Notes: generated by a model not told the origin, from the sequence alone. 64,000 bases of DNA from an uncultured Verrucomicrobiota bacterium (GCA_964611575.1 CAZTAJ010000001.1:5873-69872), one strand, 5' to 3'; positions 9,006-17,647 are shown, counted from the first letter of the stretch. Numbers and translations: made by a program.

Positions 9006-10477
9006 GTTGCCACAGTCCCATGATCGGTGAGGAGTTTACGTTGGACGATATCGCGGCGACGGTCCGGAACGGCGGCCTGCTGTCCATGGAAATCGAGTTC
9101 AGCCTCCGCTGCAATTTCCACTGCCAGTACTGCTACGTGGGCCAGAATGGCGGGTCGGCGCAGGAGCTTTCGCCCGGGGAAATCCGCACGACGATCCTGC
9201 AGGCCAAGGCGCTGGGCGCCCGGAAGATCATCGTCCTGGGTGGCGAACCCATGATCTATCCGCAGGTCATGGACCTGCTGGCGTTTATCCGCGGCGAGGG
9301 GCTGGCGGCGGAAATGTTCACCAATGGCACGAATGTCACGCCGGCGGCTGCCCGCCGCCTCCATGAACTCGGCGTCCAGGTCGTGCTCAAGATGAACAGC
9401 TTCGACAAGGGCGTCCAGGATGAACTGGCGGGTTTTGACGGGGCGTACGACACGATCCAGGAGGCGTTCCGGAACCTGAAGGCGGCGGGCTTCCCGGCCG
9501 CCGGCCATCTCATGGCCGTCAGCACGATCATCTGCACCCGCAATCTGGCCGAGATTCCCCGGATGTGGGAGTGGCTGCGGGAACAGGACATCACCCCGTA
9601 TTTCGAAATCATCACCCCGCAGGGGAATGCCAGGGACAATGCCAATCTGGAGGTGGAACCCGCCGCCCTCCGCACGGTGTTCGAGACGTTGTCGACACTG
9701 GATCGCGTCCGCTTCGGCCATACCTGGGAGCCCCAACCACCGCTGGTCGGCGACCGGTGCCTGCGTCATCAGTTTTCCTGCCTGGTGAACGCGTACGGCA
9801 CGGTCATGCCCTGTGTCGGGGTGACGATCCCGCTGGGTAATGTGCGCGAACGCAAACTGGCGGATATCCTCCATGACAGCGAAGTGGTGCAGGATCTCCG
9901 CCACTATGGCAAAAGCATCCGCGGACCCTGCGCGGCGTGCGAGAAGGCGGCGGTCTGTTACGGCTGTCGGGGGGCGGCGTACCAGTTGACGGGCGACTAC
10001 CTGGCATCCGATCCGTTGTGCTGGCATAACGTCGGCCGTGAACAAGAGATCATGACGCTCCCGGCGGCCGTGGACCCGTTGATTCCCCAGCAATCGCCCA
10101 TGCGGTTGGTGGACCGCCTGATGTCGGTGGGCGAACGGGTGGCTGTTGTGGAGGCGGATGTGCGACCGGGCAATCCGTTCCTGCGGGGCGATGGCGCCCT
10201 GGACGAGGCCTACCATGTGGAACTGATTGCCCAGGCGGCTGCGGCCATGAACGGATTCCGCACCCCGCGCGCGGCCGACGGGGGGCCCCAGGGCTATCTG
10301 CTGGGCGCGCGCAACGTGAAGATTCAGGGACAAGCGCGGCTGGGCGACACGCTGGCGGTTCGCGTCTTCAAGGCCACCAAGTTCGGCGACTTCGGCATCA
10401 TCGAGGGGCGCGTCTCACGGGGCGACGAGGTGCTGGCCGAGGGCGAGATCAAGGTGTGGCACAAGTCGAGTGGTTGA
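9002..10477 (+). CDS. radical SAM / SPASM-type enzyme fused to a C-terminal hotdog-fold (FabZ/ApeI-like) domain
   Basis: CNFHCQYC (CxxxCxxC) and GGEP motifs. A Cys-rich auxiliary-cluster region follows (MPCVG...GPCAACEKAAVCYGCRGAAY...DPLCW). Residues ~365-491 look like a hotdog fold (PMRLVDRL..HVELIAQAAA..GYLLGARNVKI..GEIKVWH). The GTG start overlaps the upstream stop (GTGA). Confidence 0.8.
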   Translation: MSCHSPMIGEEFTLDDIAATVRNGGLLSMEIEFSLRCNFHCQYCYVGQNGGSAQELSPGEIRTTILQAKALGARKIIVLGGEPMIYPQVMDLLAFIRGEGLAAEMFTNGTNVTPAAARRLHELGVQVVLKMNSFDKGVQDELAGFDGAYDTIQEAFRNLKAAGFPAAGHLMAVSTIICTRNLAEIPRMWEWLREQDITPYFEIITPQGNARDNANLEVEPAALRTVFETLSTLDRVRFGHTWEPQPPLVGDRCLRHQFSCLVNAYGTVMPCVGVTIPLGNVRERKLADILHDSEVVQDLRHYGKSIRGPCAACEKAAVCYGCRGAAYQLTGDYLASDPLCWHNVGREQEIMTLPAAVDPLIPQQSPMRLVDRLMSVGERVAVVEADVRPGNPFLRGDGALDEAYHVELIAQAAAAMNGFRTPRAADGGPQGYLLGARNVKIQGQARLGDTLAVRVFKATKFGDFGIIEGRVSRGDEVLAEGEIKVWHKSSG

Positions 10478-10572
10478 CATACAGTTGATGACAGCACCGG
10501 CGGGTATCCGGCCGTGGTCAAACTCAGGAAGCGCGCTTGCGCGCGATGTTCTTGCCAAATGCGGAGGCGTTT

Positions 10573-11826
10573 ATGACTAGTCGATCATTCGTTACCTCAT
10601 GTGTGTTGTCCGTGCTGTTGCTCGGCGCCGGCCCGTCGGCCCTGGCCGGCTCCGTCACCAATCGCGTGTACGATCCCTATTTCCTCGGTTTCGAAACCGA
10701 CCCCGCCATGGACTTCGGCGGGCGGGATGTGGTGACCGTGCATTCCGCGGCCAGCCGCACCCTCGGGTGGGCGTTGAGGACGGAACGACATTCTTGCCTG
10801 GCGCCGATCTACGAGTTCCTCTTCGCGGCCGGGCTCAGCACGTTCCAGCATGAAGTGTTCGGCCATGGGGCCCGGGCCCGTGAGTACAATCTCGACCCCG
10901 AATACACGTTCGGCATCGATTTTTCGGGCGGCACCGGCCTGAACAAGAATCCCGAAAGCAACCTGCAGAACATCGTCATCGCGGGCGGCGGCACGGAAGG
11001 CGATTCGGTCATGGCGCACCAGATCCTGCTGGACCTGTATTCCGGGGACGGCACGGACGGTTCCAAGATCCCGTTGATGGCGATCGCCAAGCTGGATTTC
11101 AGTCTCTACTGCCTGATAACGCCGGATCCGGTCGATTCGTCCGGCGATTTTGGAGACGCGTACAACGATGGCAACGACATTGCCTATTACATCGTTTCCC
11201 GACAGGCGCAGCGGCGGGGCGCTGACCCGGCCGACGTCTGGAACAACGACTACCCGATTGATTTCAGCGACTCCCAATTGTCGGACAACTACGATGATCT
11301 TCGGGCGGCGGCGATCTGGAATCTCATCGATCCCGCGGCGCTCGCGGCCATGGTTGGGTACGTGGCGGATCATGTCATCGGCGGCGCCACCCAGGTGCGT
11401 CCACCGGCCATCCCACTGGGCGGCGGATTCGGGTTGACGGCCGGCACGCGGGCGTTCATCGGTCCGTCGGAGGTGACGCGCTTCCTGGACCTGTATCTGT
11501 TGACGCCGGGCCCGCTCCTGACCGCGTATGCCCGCGACCTGCAGAGTTCCCGGGACCAGAGTTACGGGTTTGGCGGCGGCGTCCACAAACTGCCGTTGGG
11601 CAGGGCCGTCACGCTGGCTGCCGGGGCCGATTATTGGCAAACGCCTGACGCGGAAGAGGCCTTGTTCGACGGCTCGGGTTGGAACGCGAGCGGCGAAATC
11701 GGCGTGATGGTCACCGACCACTTCGGCCTGACCTGCAAACTCGGGAGCAAGTCGGACGGCTACTTCCCCGGCACGCCCATCGATTCGGGCGTCTACGGCG
11801 GCGCCGGGGTACAGTTGGCGTTTTGA
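10573..11826 (+). CDS. hypothetical secreted / outer-membrane protein
   Basis: GGAGG lies 5 nt upstream of the ATG at 10573. Signal peptide MTSRSFVTSCVLSVLLLGAGPSALAGS. The C-terminus ends ...YGGAGVQLAF, which resembles an OMP beta-signal with a terminal Phe. I recognised no family. Confidence 0.55.
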   Translation: MTSRSFVTSCVLSVLLLGAGPSALAGSVTNRVYDPYFLGFETDPAMDFGGRDVVTVHSAASRTLGWALRTERHSCLAPIYEFLFAAGLSTFQHEVFGHGARAREYNLDPEYTFGIDFSGGTGLNKNPESNLQNIVIAGGGTEGDSVMAHQILLDLYSGDGTDGSKIPLMAIAKLDFSLYCLITPDPVDSSGDFGDAYNDGNDIAYYIVSRQAQRRGADPADVWNNDYPIDFSDSQLSDNYDDLRAAAIWNLIDPAALAAMVGYVADHVIGGATQVRPPAIPLGGGFGLTAGTRAFIGPSEVTRFLDLYLLTPGPLLTAYARDLQSSRDQSYGFGGGVHKLPLGRAVTLAAGADYWQTPDAEEALFDGSGWNASGEIGVMVTDHFGLTCKLGSKSDGYFPGTPIDSGVYGGAGVQLAF

Positions 11827-11899
11827 AGCACCGTGCAATTCCCGTACTTGAACCCGCATTTGCGCCCAGGTATTCTCCCGGGAAACAGCGAGGAACCCC

Positions 11900-12466
11900 A
11901 TGTCGGAATTCATGTTCAAACAGGGACGCAACCTGATGGAATCGTTCTTCTTGAAGCGCGATGCGGAACTTGTGGCCCGGCAGCGTGAATTGGAGCGGAT
12001 GCAACATACGCAGAAGGCGCTTGCGGAGGTGTCCGGCATCGCGAATCCCGACATTCTCAGACGCCTTGTCGAGTTGGATATCGCGCCGGCGGTGCTGGCC
12101 TCGCTGGCGGCGGTTCCACTGGTTGAGGTGGCCTGGGCGGATGGCCACATCCAGGACGACGAGCGCAAGGCCATTCACGATGCGGCGGCGACGCTTGACG
12201 CCGGCCGCCACAAGATCGACACGGCGCTGCTCGACTCATGGCTGGACCACAAGCCGCCGAAGAAACTGCTCGAGGCTTGGCTGCACTACGTGGCGGGGTT
12301 GTGTGAAGTGCTCACTCCCGCCCAGTGCGACGGACTGCGCCGGTCTTTGCTCGACCGGGCCACTCAGGTGGCCGAAGCGGCGGGAGGTTTCCTTGGCCTG
12401 GGCACAGTGTCCGCCGAGGAGCGAGCCGTGTTGGAGAAGATGGATCGGGCTTTCCGTCGGACCTAG
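11900..12466 (+). CDS. TerB-like (tellurite-resistance TerB / DjlA-N-like) family protein
   Basis: 188 aa. It shows two helical-repeat motifs of the VEVAWADGHIQDDERKAI type typical of TerB-like domains. This is a moderate-confidence call. Confidence 0.55.
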   Translation: MSEFMFKQGRNLMESFFLKRDAELVARQRELERMQHTQKALAEVSGIANPDILRRLVELDIAPAVLASLAAVPLVEVAWADGHIQDDERKAIHDAAATLDAGRHKIDTALLDSWLDHKPPKKLLEAWLHYVAGLCEVLTPAQCDGLRRSLLDRATQVAEAAGGFLGLGTVSAEERAVLEKMDRAFRRT

Positions 12467-12583
12467 GCCTGCGCTCAGCCTGCGCGGTGTGTCGCTTTGG
12501 CATTGAAGTCGGACGCCATTCCGGTTATCTACAACCCCTCACGCAGGTCGCGAAGTGCGGCCGGCAGCGACGCGGGAGCCCCC

Positions 12584-12808
12584 ATGGAACTCTTACGACA
12601 GGCCTCGACCATCATGGTGCTGGGAATGGGACTGGTGTTCCTGTTCCTTTATGTCGTCATCCTGGCCGTTCAGGCGACGGCCGCGCTGGTCCGTCGGTAC
12701 GCGCCGGCGGAGGCGGAGCCCGCGGAAGCCCGGCCGGTGGCGGACGATGTCGGCGAAGATGAACTGGCGGCGGTGATTGCCGTGGCGTTGCACGAAACCA
12801 AAGGGTGA
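12584..12808 (+). CDS. oadG: Na+-translocating decarboxylase gamma subunit (OadG family)
   Basis: Single TM segment (IMVLGMGLVFLFLYVVILAV) and an acidic tail ending ELAAVIAVALH. GGGAG lies upstream of the ATG at 12584. The gene sits immediately upstream of oadA. Confidence 0.75.
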   Translation: MELLRQASTIMVLGMGLVFLFLYVVILAVQATAALVRRYAPAEAEPAEARPVADDVGEDELAAVIAVALHETKG

Positions 12809-12811
12809 TTT

Positions 12812-14599
12812 ATGGGACGAGTAGGAATTACTGACGTGGCCATGCGGGATGCGCACCAGTCGCTGTTCGCGACGCGCATGCTGACGGCCGACATGGTTTC
12901 GGTCGCCTCCCTGATGGACGAGGTGGGCTACTGGTCGCTGGAAACCTGGGGCGGGGCAACCTTCGACACCTGCATCCGCTTCCTGAACGAGGACCCCTGG
13001 GACCGCCTGAAACGCCTCCAGGCGGCCATGCCTCACACGCCGCAGCAGATGTTGCTGCGCGGCCAGAACCTGGTGGGCTACCGCCACTATGCCGACGACG
13101 TGGTCGATGCCTTTGTGGCGTGTGCGGCGCGGCACGGCGTCGCCGTGTTCCGAGTGTTCGATGCGCTCAACGATCCGCGCAACCTTGAGGCCTCGATCCG
13201 CGCCGTCAAGCGCGCTGGCAAACACGCGCAGGCGACCATCAGCTATGCCGTCAGCCCCGTGCATACCCTGGAGTCCTATCTCCATCTGGCCCGCGAGTTG
13301 AAGGCGCTGGGCGCGGATTCGCTGTGCATCAAGGACATGGCCGGCCTGCTTAAGCCGTTCGATGCCTATGAACTGGTGCAGGCGTTCCGGCGCGAGATCG
13401 GACTGCCCCTGCAGATTCACACGCACGCCACGACGGGGATGTCCGTGGCCACTCTCGTGAAGGCGGTCGAAGCCGGCTGTGAGCGCATCGACACCGCCAT
13501 TTCATCCCTGGCGATGGGCACCAGTCATTCGCCGACCGAGACGATCGTCGAAGTGCTGCGCGGCACGCCGTACGACACCGGGCTCGACGTCAAGCGGCTC
13601 GTCAAGATCGCCGCGGCGTTCCGGGTCCTGCGCGGCAAGTACCGGCAGTTCGAATCGTCGTTCCTCGGCGCCGATACCCGCATTCTCACGTCGCAGGTGC
13701 CGGGCGGCATGCTGTCCAACCTCGAAAGCCAGCTCCGCGAGCAGAACGCCGCGGACAAGCTCGATGCCGTGCTGGACGAGATCGCCGTGGTGCAGCGCGA
13801 TTTCGGCTATCCGCCGCTGGTCACGCCGACCTCGCAGATTGTCGGCACCCAGGCGGTGTTCAACGTGATGTTCGGCCGCTACGCGCGCCTGACGGGCGAA
13901 TCGAAGGATCTGCTGGTGGGCCGTTACGGCCGCACCCCTGCCGAGCCGGACGCCAAGCTCGTCAAGCAGTCGCTGGCGGATCTCAAACTTGATGTGCCCG
14001 TGACGGCGCGCCCCGCCGACCACCTGCCGAACGAATTCGGCCAGCTCGAAGAGGAACTGAAGGGGAAGCTCAAGGTCACGCATGTGTCGCCCGAGGATGT
14101 TCTCACCTACGCCATGTTTCCGCAGGTGGCGCTCAAGTTCTTCGGCACCCGCCACAAGGGGCCGGTTTCATTCGACGCCCCGGCCGCCGCGCCGGTGGCG
14201 CCGCCGGCGCCGGCCGCTGCCGGCGGCTCGTACACGGTCGCCGTCAACGGCAAGGCGCACCGCGTGACGCGGCGGACGGGCCCGGACGGCGCCGTGACGC
14301 TGCAGGTGGGCAGCCGCACCTTCGAAACGCGCGTGCAGGCGGAGGCGGCAGGCTCGCCGGCGCCGTCCGCGTCCGCCCCGGCGGCGGGCGCGCGCCCCGT
14401 GCCCGCGCCCATGCCGGGCACGATCGTGCGGCTGGACTGTGACGACGGCGCCCCGGTGGCCGCCGGCACCACCCTTGTGACCATGGAGGCCATGAAGATG
14501 CAGATCGAGATCAAGACTCGCGAGGCCGGGGTGGTGCGTTTTAAAGTCGGCCCCGGCGATGCGGTCAAGGCTGAGCAGACCCTGGCGGTGATTGAATGA
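12812..14599 (+). CDS. oadA: oxaloacetate decarboxylase alpha subunit (carboxyltransferase 5S + biotinyl domain)
   Basis: 595 aa. It carries the HTHATTGM motif, an Ala/Pro linker and the biotin attachment motif EAMKMQ near the C-terminus. Confidence 0.9.
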   Translation: MGRVGITDVAMRDAHQSLFATRMLTADMVSVASLMDEVGYWSLETWGGATFDTCIRFLNEDPWDRLKRLQAAMPHTPQQMLLRGQNLVGYRHYADDVVDAFVACAARHGVAVFRVFDALNDPRNLEASIRAVKRAGKHAQATISYAVSPVHTLESYLHLARELKALGADSLCIKDMAGLLKPFDAYELVQAFRREIGLPLQIHTHATTGMSVATLVKAVEAGCERIDTAISSLAMGTSHSPTETIVEVLRGTPYDTGLDVKRLVKIAAAFRVLRGKYRQFESSFLGADTRILTSQVPGGMLSNLESQLREQNAADKLDAVLDEIAVVQRDFGYPPLVTPTSQIVGTQAVFNVMFGRYARLTGESKDLLVGRYGRTPAEPDAKLVKQSLADLKLDVPVTARPADHLPNEFGQLEEELKGKLKVTHVSPEDVLTYAMFPQVALKFFGTRHKGPVSFDAPAAAPVAPPAPAAAGGSYTVAVNGKAHRVTRRTGPDGAVTLQVGSRTFETRVQAEAAGSPAPSASAPAAGARPVPAPMPGTIVRLDCDDGAPVAAGTTLVTMEAMKMQIEIKTREAGVVRFKVGPGDAVKAEQTLAVIE

Positions 14600-16032
14600 G
14601 GGGCGCCCTGACGAGATGGCGCCGGCCGCTATTGCTGAGTTGGGTGGGGCTGGCATTGATCCTGGCCGCCGGATGGATTGCCCGGGCCGCGGACACACCG
14701 ACGGCTGGCGCGGAAGCGCTTCCGAGTCAACCCGCCCTTGAAGCGGCCGGTGGCCCGCAATCTACGGGAGGGCGCGCATGCTGCGCGCCGCGGACGGCGA
14801 CACGCCGTCCCTCCCAAGAAGGTGACGTCAATGCGTCGTCCGTCACGACGGAACCCACGGACTCCTCCTCCGAAGTGTCGTTCACACGAGGCATCGCGAA
14901 CATCGGGCGGACCACGGGCATCTACGGGTTTCTGACGGAGGGCCGTTGGCGGTCGCTGGTGATGCTTATCGTCGGTTTTGTGCTGCTCTACCTGGGCGTG
15001 GCCAAGGACTTCGAGCCGCTGCTGTTGGTCCCGATCGGGTTCGGCACCATTTTCGTCAACGTGCCGTTTGCGGGCATGGGCGAGGCGCAGGGGTTGCTGG
15101 GCATCATCTTCGACGCCGGCATCCGGAACGAGTTATTGCCGCTGATCGTGTTCATGGGCATCGGGGCGCTCTCCGATTTCGGCCCGCTGCTGGCCAATCC
15201 CCGGACGGCCATCCTGGGAGCGGCCGCGCAGTTCGGGGTATTTGGAACGCTGCTCGGGGTGGTGGCGTTGAACGCGCTGCCGGGTATCGACTTCACCATC
15301 AAGGAAGCCTGCTCCATCGCGATCATCGGCGGGGCGGATGGGCCGACGTCGATCTACGTGGCTGGCAAGTTTGCGCCGCACCTGATGGGATCGATTGCCG
15401 TGGCGGCCTACTCCTACATGGCGCTGGTGCCGCTGATCCAGCCGCCGATCATGCGGTGGCTGACCACGCCGGCCGAGCGCCTGATCCAGATGAAACAGAT
15501 CCGGCCCGTGGGTCGGCTTGAGAAGATTCTCTTTCCGCTGCTTGTGCTGGCCCTCTGCATCCTCTTCCTGCCGACGGCCGTGCCGCTGATGGGCTGTTTC
15601 GCCTTCGGCAACTTCATCAAGGAAACCGGTGCGATCGAGCGCATTTCGAAGACGTTGCAGAACGAGTTGATGAATATCGCCACCGTGTTTCTCGGGCTGG
15701 GGGTTGGCATGCAGATGGCGGCCGACCAGTTCCTGCAGCCCAAGACGCTGGGCATCATCGTGCTGGGATTGCTGGCGTTTTCGTTCGGCACGGCCGGCGG
15801 CGTCATCTTCGCGAAGATCATGAACCTGTTCTGCCGCAAGAACCCGATCAACCCCTTGATCGGCTCGGCCGGCGTATCGGCCTTTCCCATGGCGGCGCGG
15901 GTGTCGAACAAACTTGGCCTGGAGGCCGACCCCCACAACTTCCTGCTGATGCACGCCCTGGGCGCCAACGTGGCGGGCCAGATCGGCTCGGTGGTGGCGG
16001 CCGGCATCATCCTGTCGATCTTTGCGCAATAG
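14596..16032 (+). CDS. oadB: Na+-translocating decarboxylase beta subunit, with an unusual ~93-codon N-terminal extension (alternative GTG start at 14875)
   Basis: The conserved core begins about [14 protein letters not shown]...[15 protein letters not shown]...[11 protein letters not shown]. The ATGA overlap with oadA supports a start at 14596. The extension contains a repeat element (see findings). Confidence 0.85.
   Translation: MRGALTRWRRPLLLSWVGLALILAAGWIARAADTPTAGAEALPSQPALEAAGGPQSTGGRACCAPRTATRRPSQEGDVNASSVTTEPTDSSSEVSFTRGIANIGRTTGIYGFLTEGRWRSLVMLIVGFVLLYLGVAKDFEPLLLVPIGFGTIFVNVPFAGMGEAQGLLGIIFDAGIRNELLPLIVFMGIGALSDFGPLLANPRTAILGAAAQFGVFGTLLGVVALNALPGIDFTIKEACSIAIIGGADGPTSIYVAGKFAPHLMGSIAVAAYSYMALVPLIQPPIMRWLTTPAERLIQMKQIRPVGRLEKILFPLLVLALCILFLPTAVPLMGCFAFGNFIKETGAIERISKTLQNELMNIATVFLGLGVGMQMAADQFLQPKTLGIIVLGLLAFSFGTAGGVIFAKIMNLFCRKNPINPLIGSAGVSAFPMAARVSNKLGLEADPHNFLLMHALGANVAGQIGSVVAAGIILSIFAQ
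14766..14815 (+). repeat. Y-shaped palindromic repeat, copy A
   Basis: GGGAG G GCGCGCA TGC TGCGCGC CGC GGACGGCG ACA CGCCGTCC CTCCC. An outer stem encloses two hairpins. Confidence 0.85.
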
Positions 16033-16073
16033 CCTTCACCCCGGCGGAGTGGGCAGGGCAAAAAGGGAGTATC

Positions 16074-16475
16074 ATGATCGCGACGTTGGCGCATGTGTGT
16101 TTCACGGTGAAGGATCTGGCCGCGGCGGAACAGTTCTATTGCGGCGTGCTGGGCCTGAAGACGGCGTTCGAGTTCAGGAATGACGAGCGTGGACGGTACG
16201 GCGTGTATATCAAGGTGGGTCCGCGTTCGTTCATCGAGCTGTTTGCGGGGAATCCGGACGCGCCTTCCGAGCAGGGCTCGTACCGGCATCTGTGCCTGGA
16301 AGTCGACGACCTTGCCCGCGAGGTCAAGCGGCTGCGCGCGACGGGCCTGGCGGTGTCGGATCCATTCCTGGCCATGGACCACAGTTGGCAGGCGTGGATC
16401 ACGGATCCTGATGGCAATCGCATCGAGCTGCACCAGTACACGCCCGGCAGTTGGCAGACGCCCCACGTTTCATGA
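16074..16475 (+). CDS. VOC (glyoxalase/bleomycin-resistance/dioxygenase) family protein
   Basis: 133 aa. VOC-type pattern HVCFTVKDL...YRHLCLEVDD...DPDGNRIEL. Confidence 0.8.
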   Translation: MIATLAHVCFTVKDLAAAEQFYCGVLGLKTAFEFRNDERGRYGVYIKVGPRSFIELFAGNPDAPSEQGSYRHLCLEVDDLAREVKRLRATGLAVSDPFLAMDHSWQAWITDPDGNRIELHQYTPGSWQTPHVS

Positions 16476-17608
16476 GCCGGCGCGCACGGCTTCCTGCGGC
16501 AGGGGAAGACTCGCCAGGCGCGCCTGCCGCCGCGGGGGCCTGGCTGACCCTGCTGCTGTTGGCCGGCCTTGCGGTGCTGGTCTGGGGGCTGGTGGTGAGG
16601 TCGCGCCCGGCGGCGTCCCGTGAAAATCAGGCGCCGCCCCCGCCACCCCCGCCGGTCTCGGCGTTCAAGGACGTCCGCTTCCCGACCGATCAGGATATCC
16701 TCCAGGATCCTGCCGTGCCCGGTGTCTTTCAGCCCACGGCCGCCGGCAATGTGCAATCGCCGCTCTTCGGGTCCGTGCGGTCCGCGACACTCGGCGCGCG
16801 GCTGATGCCGTCGTTCCACGAGGGCATCGACATTGCGCCACGGCAGCGTGACCGTCATGGGCAACCGCTGGATGCCGTTCAGGCGGTGGCCGACGGACGT
16901 GTGGGGTATGTCAATCGGGCGCCGGGCAATTCGAACTACGGCAACTACGTGGTGCTGCTGCACGACGACCCGGTTGGCGAGGTCTACACGCTTTACGCCC
17001 ATATGGCGGAGGTCGCCGCCGGTCTGCAGTCGGGCGTGAAGACGCCGAAAGGCACCGTCCTCGGCCGGCTGGGCCGCACGCCGACAACCATCATTCCCTT
17101 GGCCCGGGCGCACGTGCATCTTGAAATCGGGCTCCTGGGCAACGCGCGGTTCGATCGCTGGTTCCGGGCACAGCGGCTCAAGCCCGACCACGGCAACTTC
17201 AACGGCTGGAATCTGCTGGGGGTGGACCCGCGCGCCGTCTTCCAGGCGCAACGCGCCAGTCCCGCCTTCGAGTTCCGGACCTATGTGCGCACGATCCCGG
17301 TGGCTTTTGAACTGCTCGTCTCCACCCCGCGCCCGATCGACTTCTTCCGCCGGCATCCGGCGTTGTGGGAGGGGGCCCCGTTTGCGGGCGGGTGGGCGGT
17401 GCTCGCGTGCTCGGAAAATGGTCTGCCGGTGATCGGGCGCAATGCCACGGCGGACGAAGTGCGCGCGGCGGGGACCCGGCGAACGGTGGTGCTGAAGACC
17501 GATCCGGCCGTCATCGGCCGCAATGGCGCGCGCCTGGTGGTCAAGGACGGTTCCGCCTGGCGGCTGGGCCAGAGCGGGGCCCGCTGGCTGGAGATCATGA
17601 CCTACTGA
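16472..17608 (+). CDS. M23 family metallopeptidase
   Basis: Motifs HEGIDIA and AHVHLEIG. An N-terminal TM/signal segment is present. The ATGA overlap with the upstream stop supports a start at 16472. Confidence 0.8.
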   Translation: MSRRARLPAAGEDSPGAPAAAGAWLTLLLLAGLAVLVWGLVVRSRPAASRENQAPPPPPPPVSAFKDVRFPTDQDILQDPAVPGVFQPTAAGNVQSPLFGSVRSATLGARLMPSFHEGIDIAPRQRDRHGQPLDAVQAVADGRVGYVNRAPGNSNYGNYVVLLHDDPVGEVYTLYAHMAEVAAGLQSGVKTPKGTVLGRLGRTPTTIIPLARAHVHLEIGLLGNARFDRWFRAQRLKPDHGNFNGWNLLGVDPRAVFQAQRASPAFEFRTYVRTIPVAFELLVSTPRPIDFFRRHPALWEGAPFAGGWAVLACSENGLPVIGRNATADEVRAAGTRRTVVLKTDPAVIGRNGARLVVKDGSAWRLGQSGARWLEIMTY

Positions 17609-17611
17609 GAA

Positions 17612-17633
17612 GGCAGAAGGCTGAGGGCTGAAG
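17612..17633 (+). repeat. heptanucleotide tandem GGCAGAA GGCTGAG GGCTGAA G
   Basis: Read directly. It begins 4 nt after the M23 stop, between convergent genes. Confidence 0.8.
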
Positions 17634-17647
17634 TTTGGGGGCCGGGA

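Noticed and set aside
2078-10477. The possibility that the MEMO-like 'AmmeMemoRadiSam system protein B' (2078-2938) and the radical SAM gene (9002-10477) form an AmmeMemoRadiSam system.
   Set aside because: The two genes are 6 kb apart on opposite strands with unrelated operons between them. No AMMECR1-like gene is present. The rSAM here is a SPASM/hotdog fusion, not the small AmmeMemoRadiSam-type enzyme.
10849-10866. HEVFGH in the secreted 10573 protein as a zincin HExxH metalloprotease motif.
   Set aside because: The spacing is H-E-x-x-x-H, not HExxH, and I could identify no third ligand context. It does not support a peptidase call.
12497-12583. The 29-codon N-terminal extension of the oadG ORF.
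   Set aside because: It is Ser/Arg/Ala-rich with no TM or conserved character. An ATG with an upstream GGGAG at 12584 gives a typical OadG-length protein.
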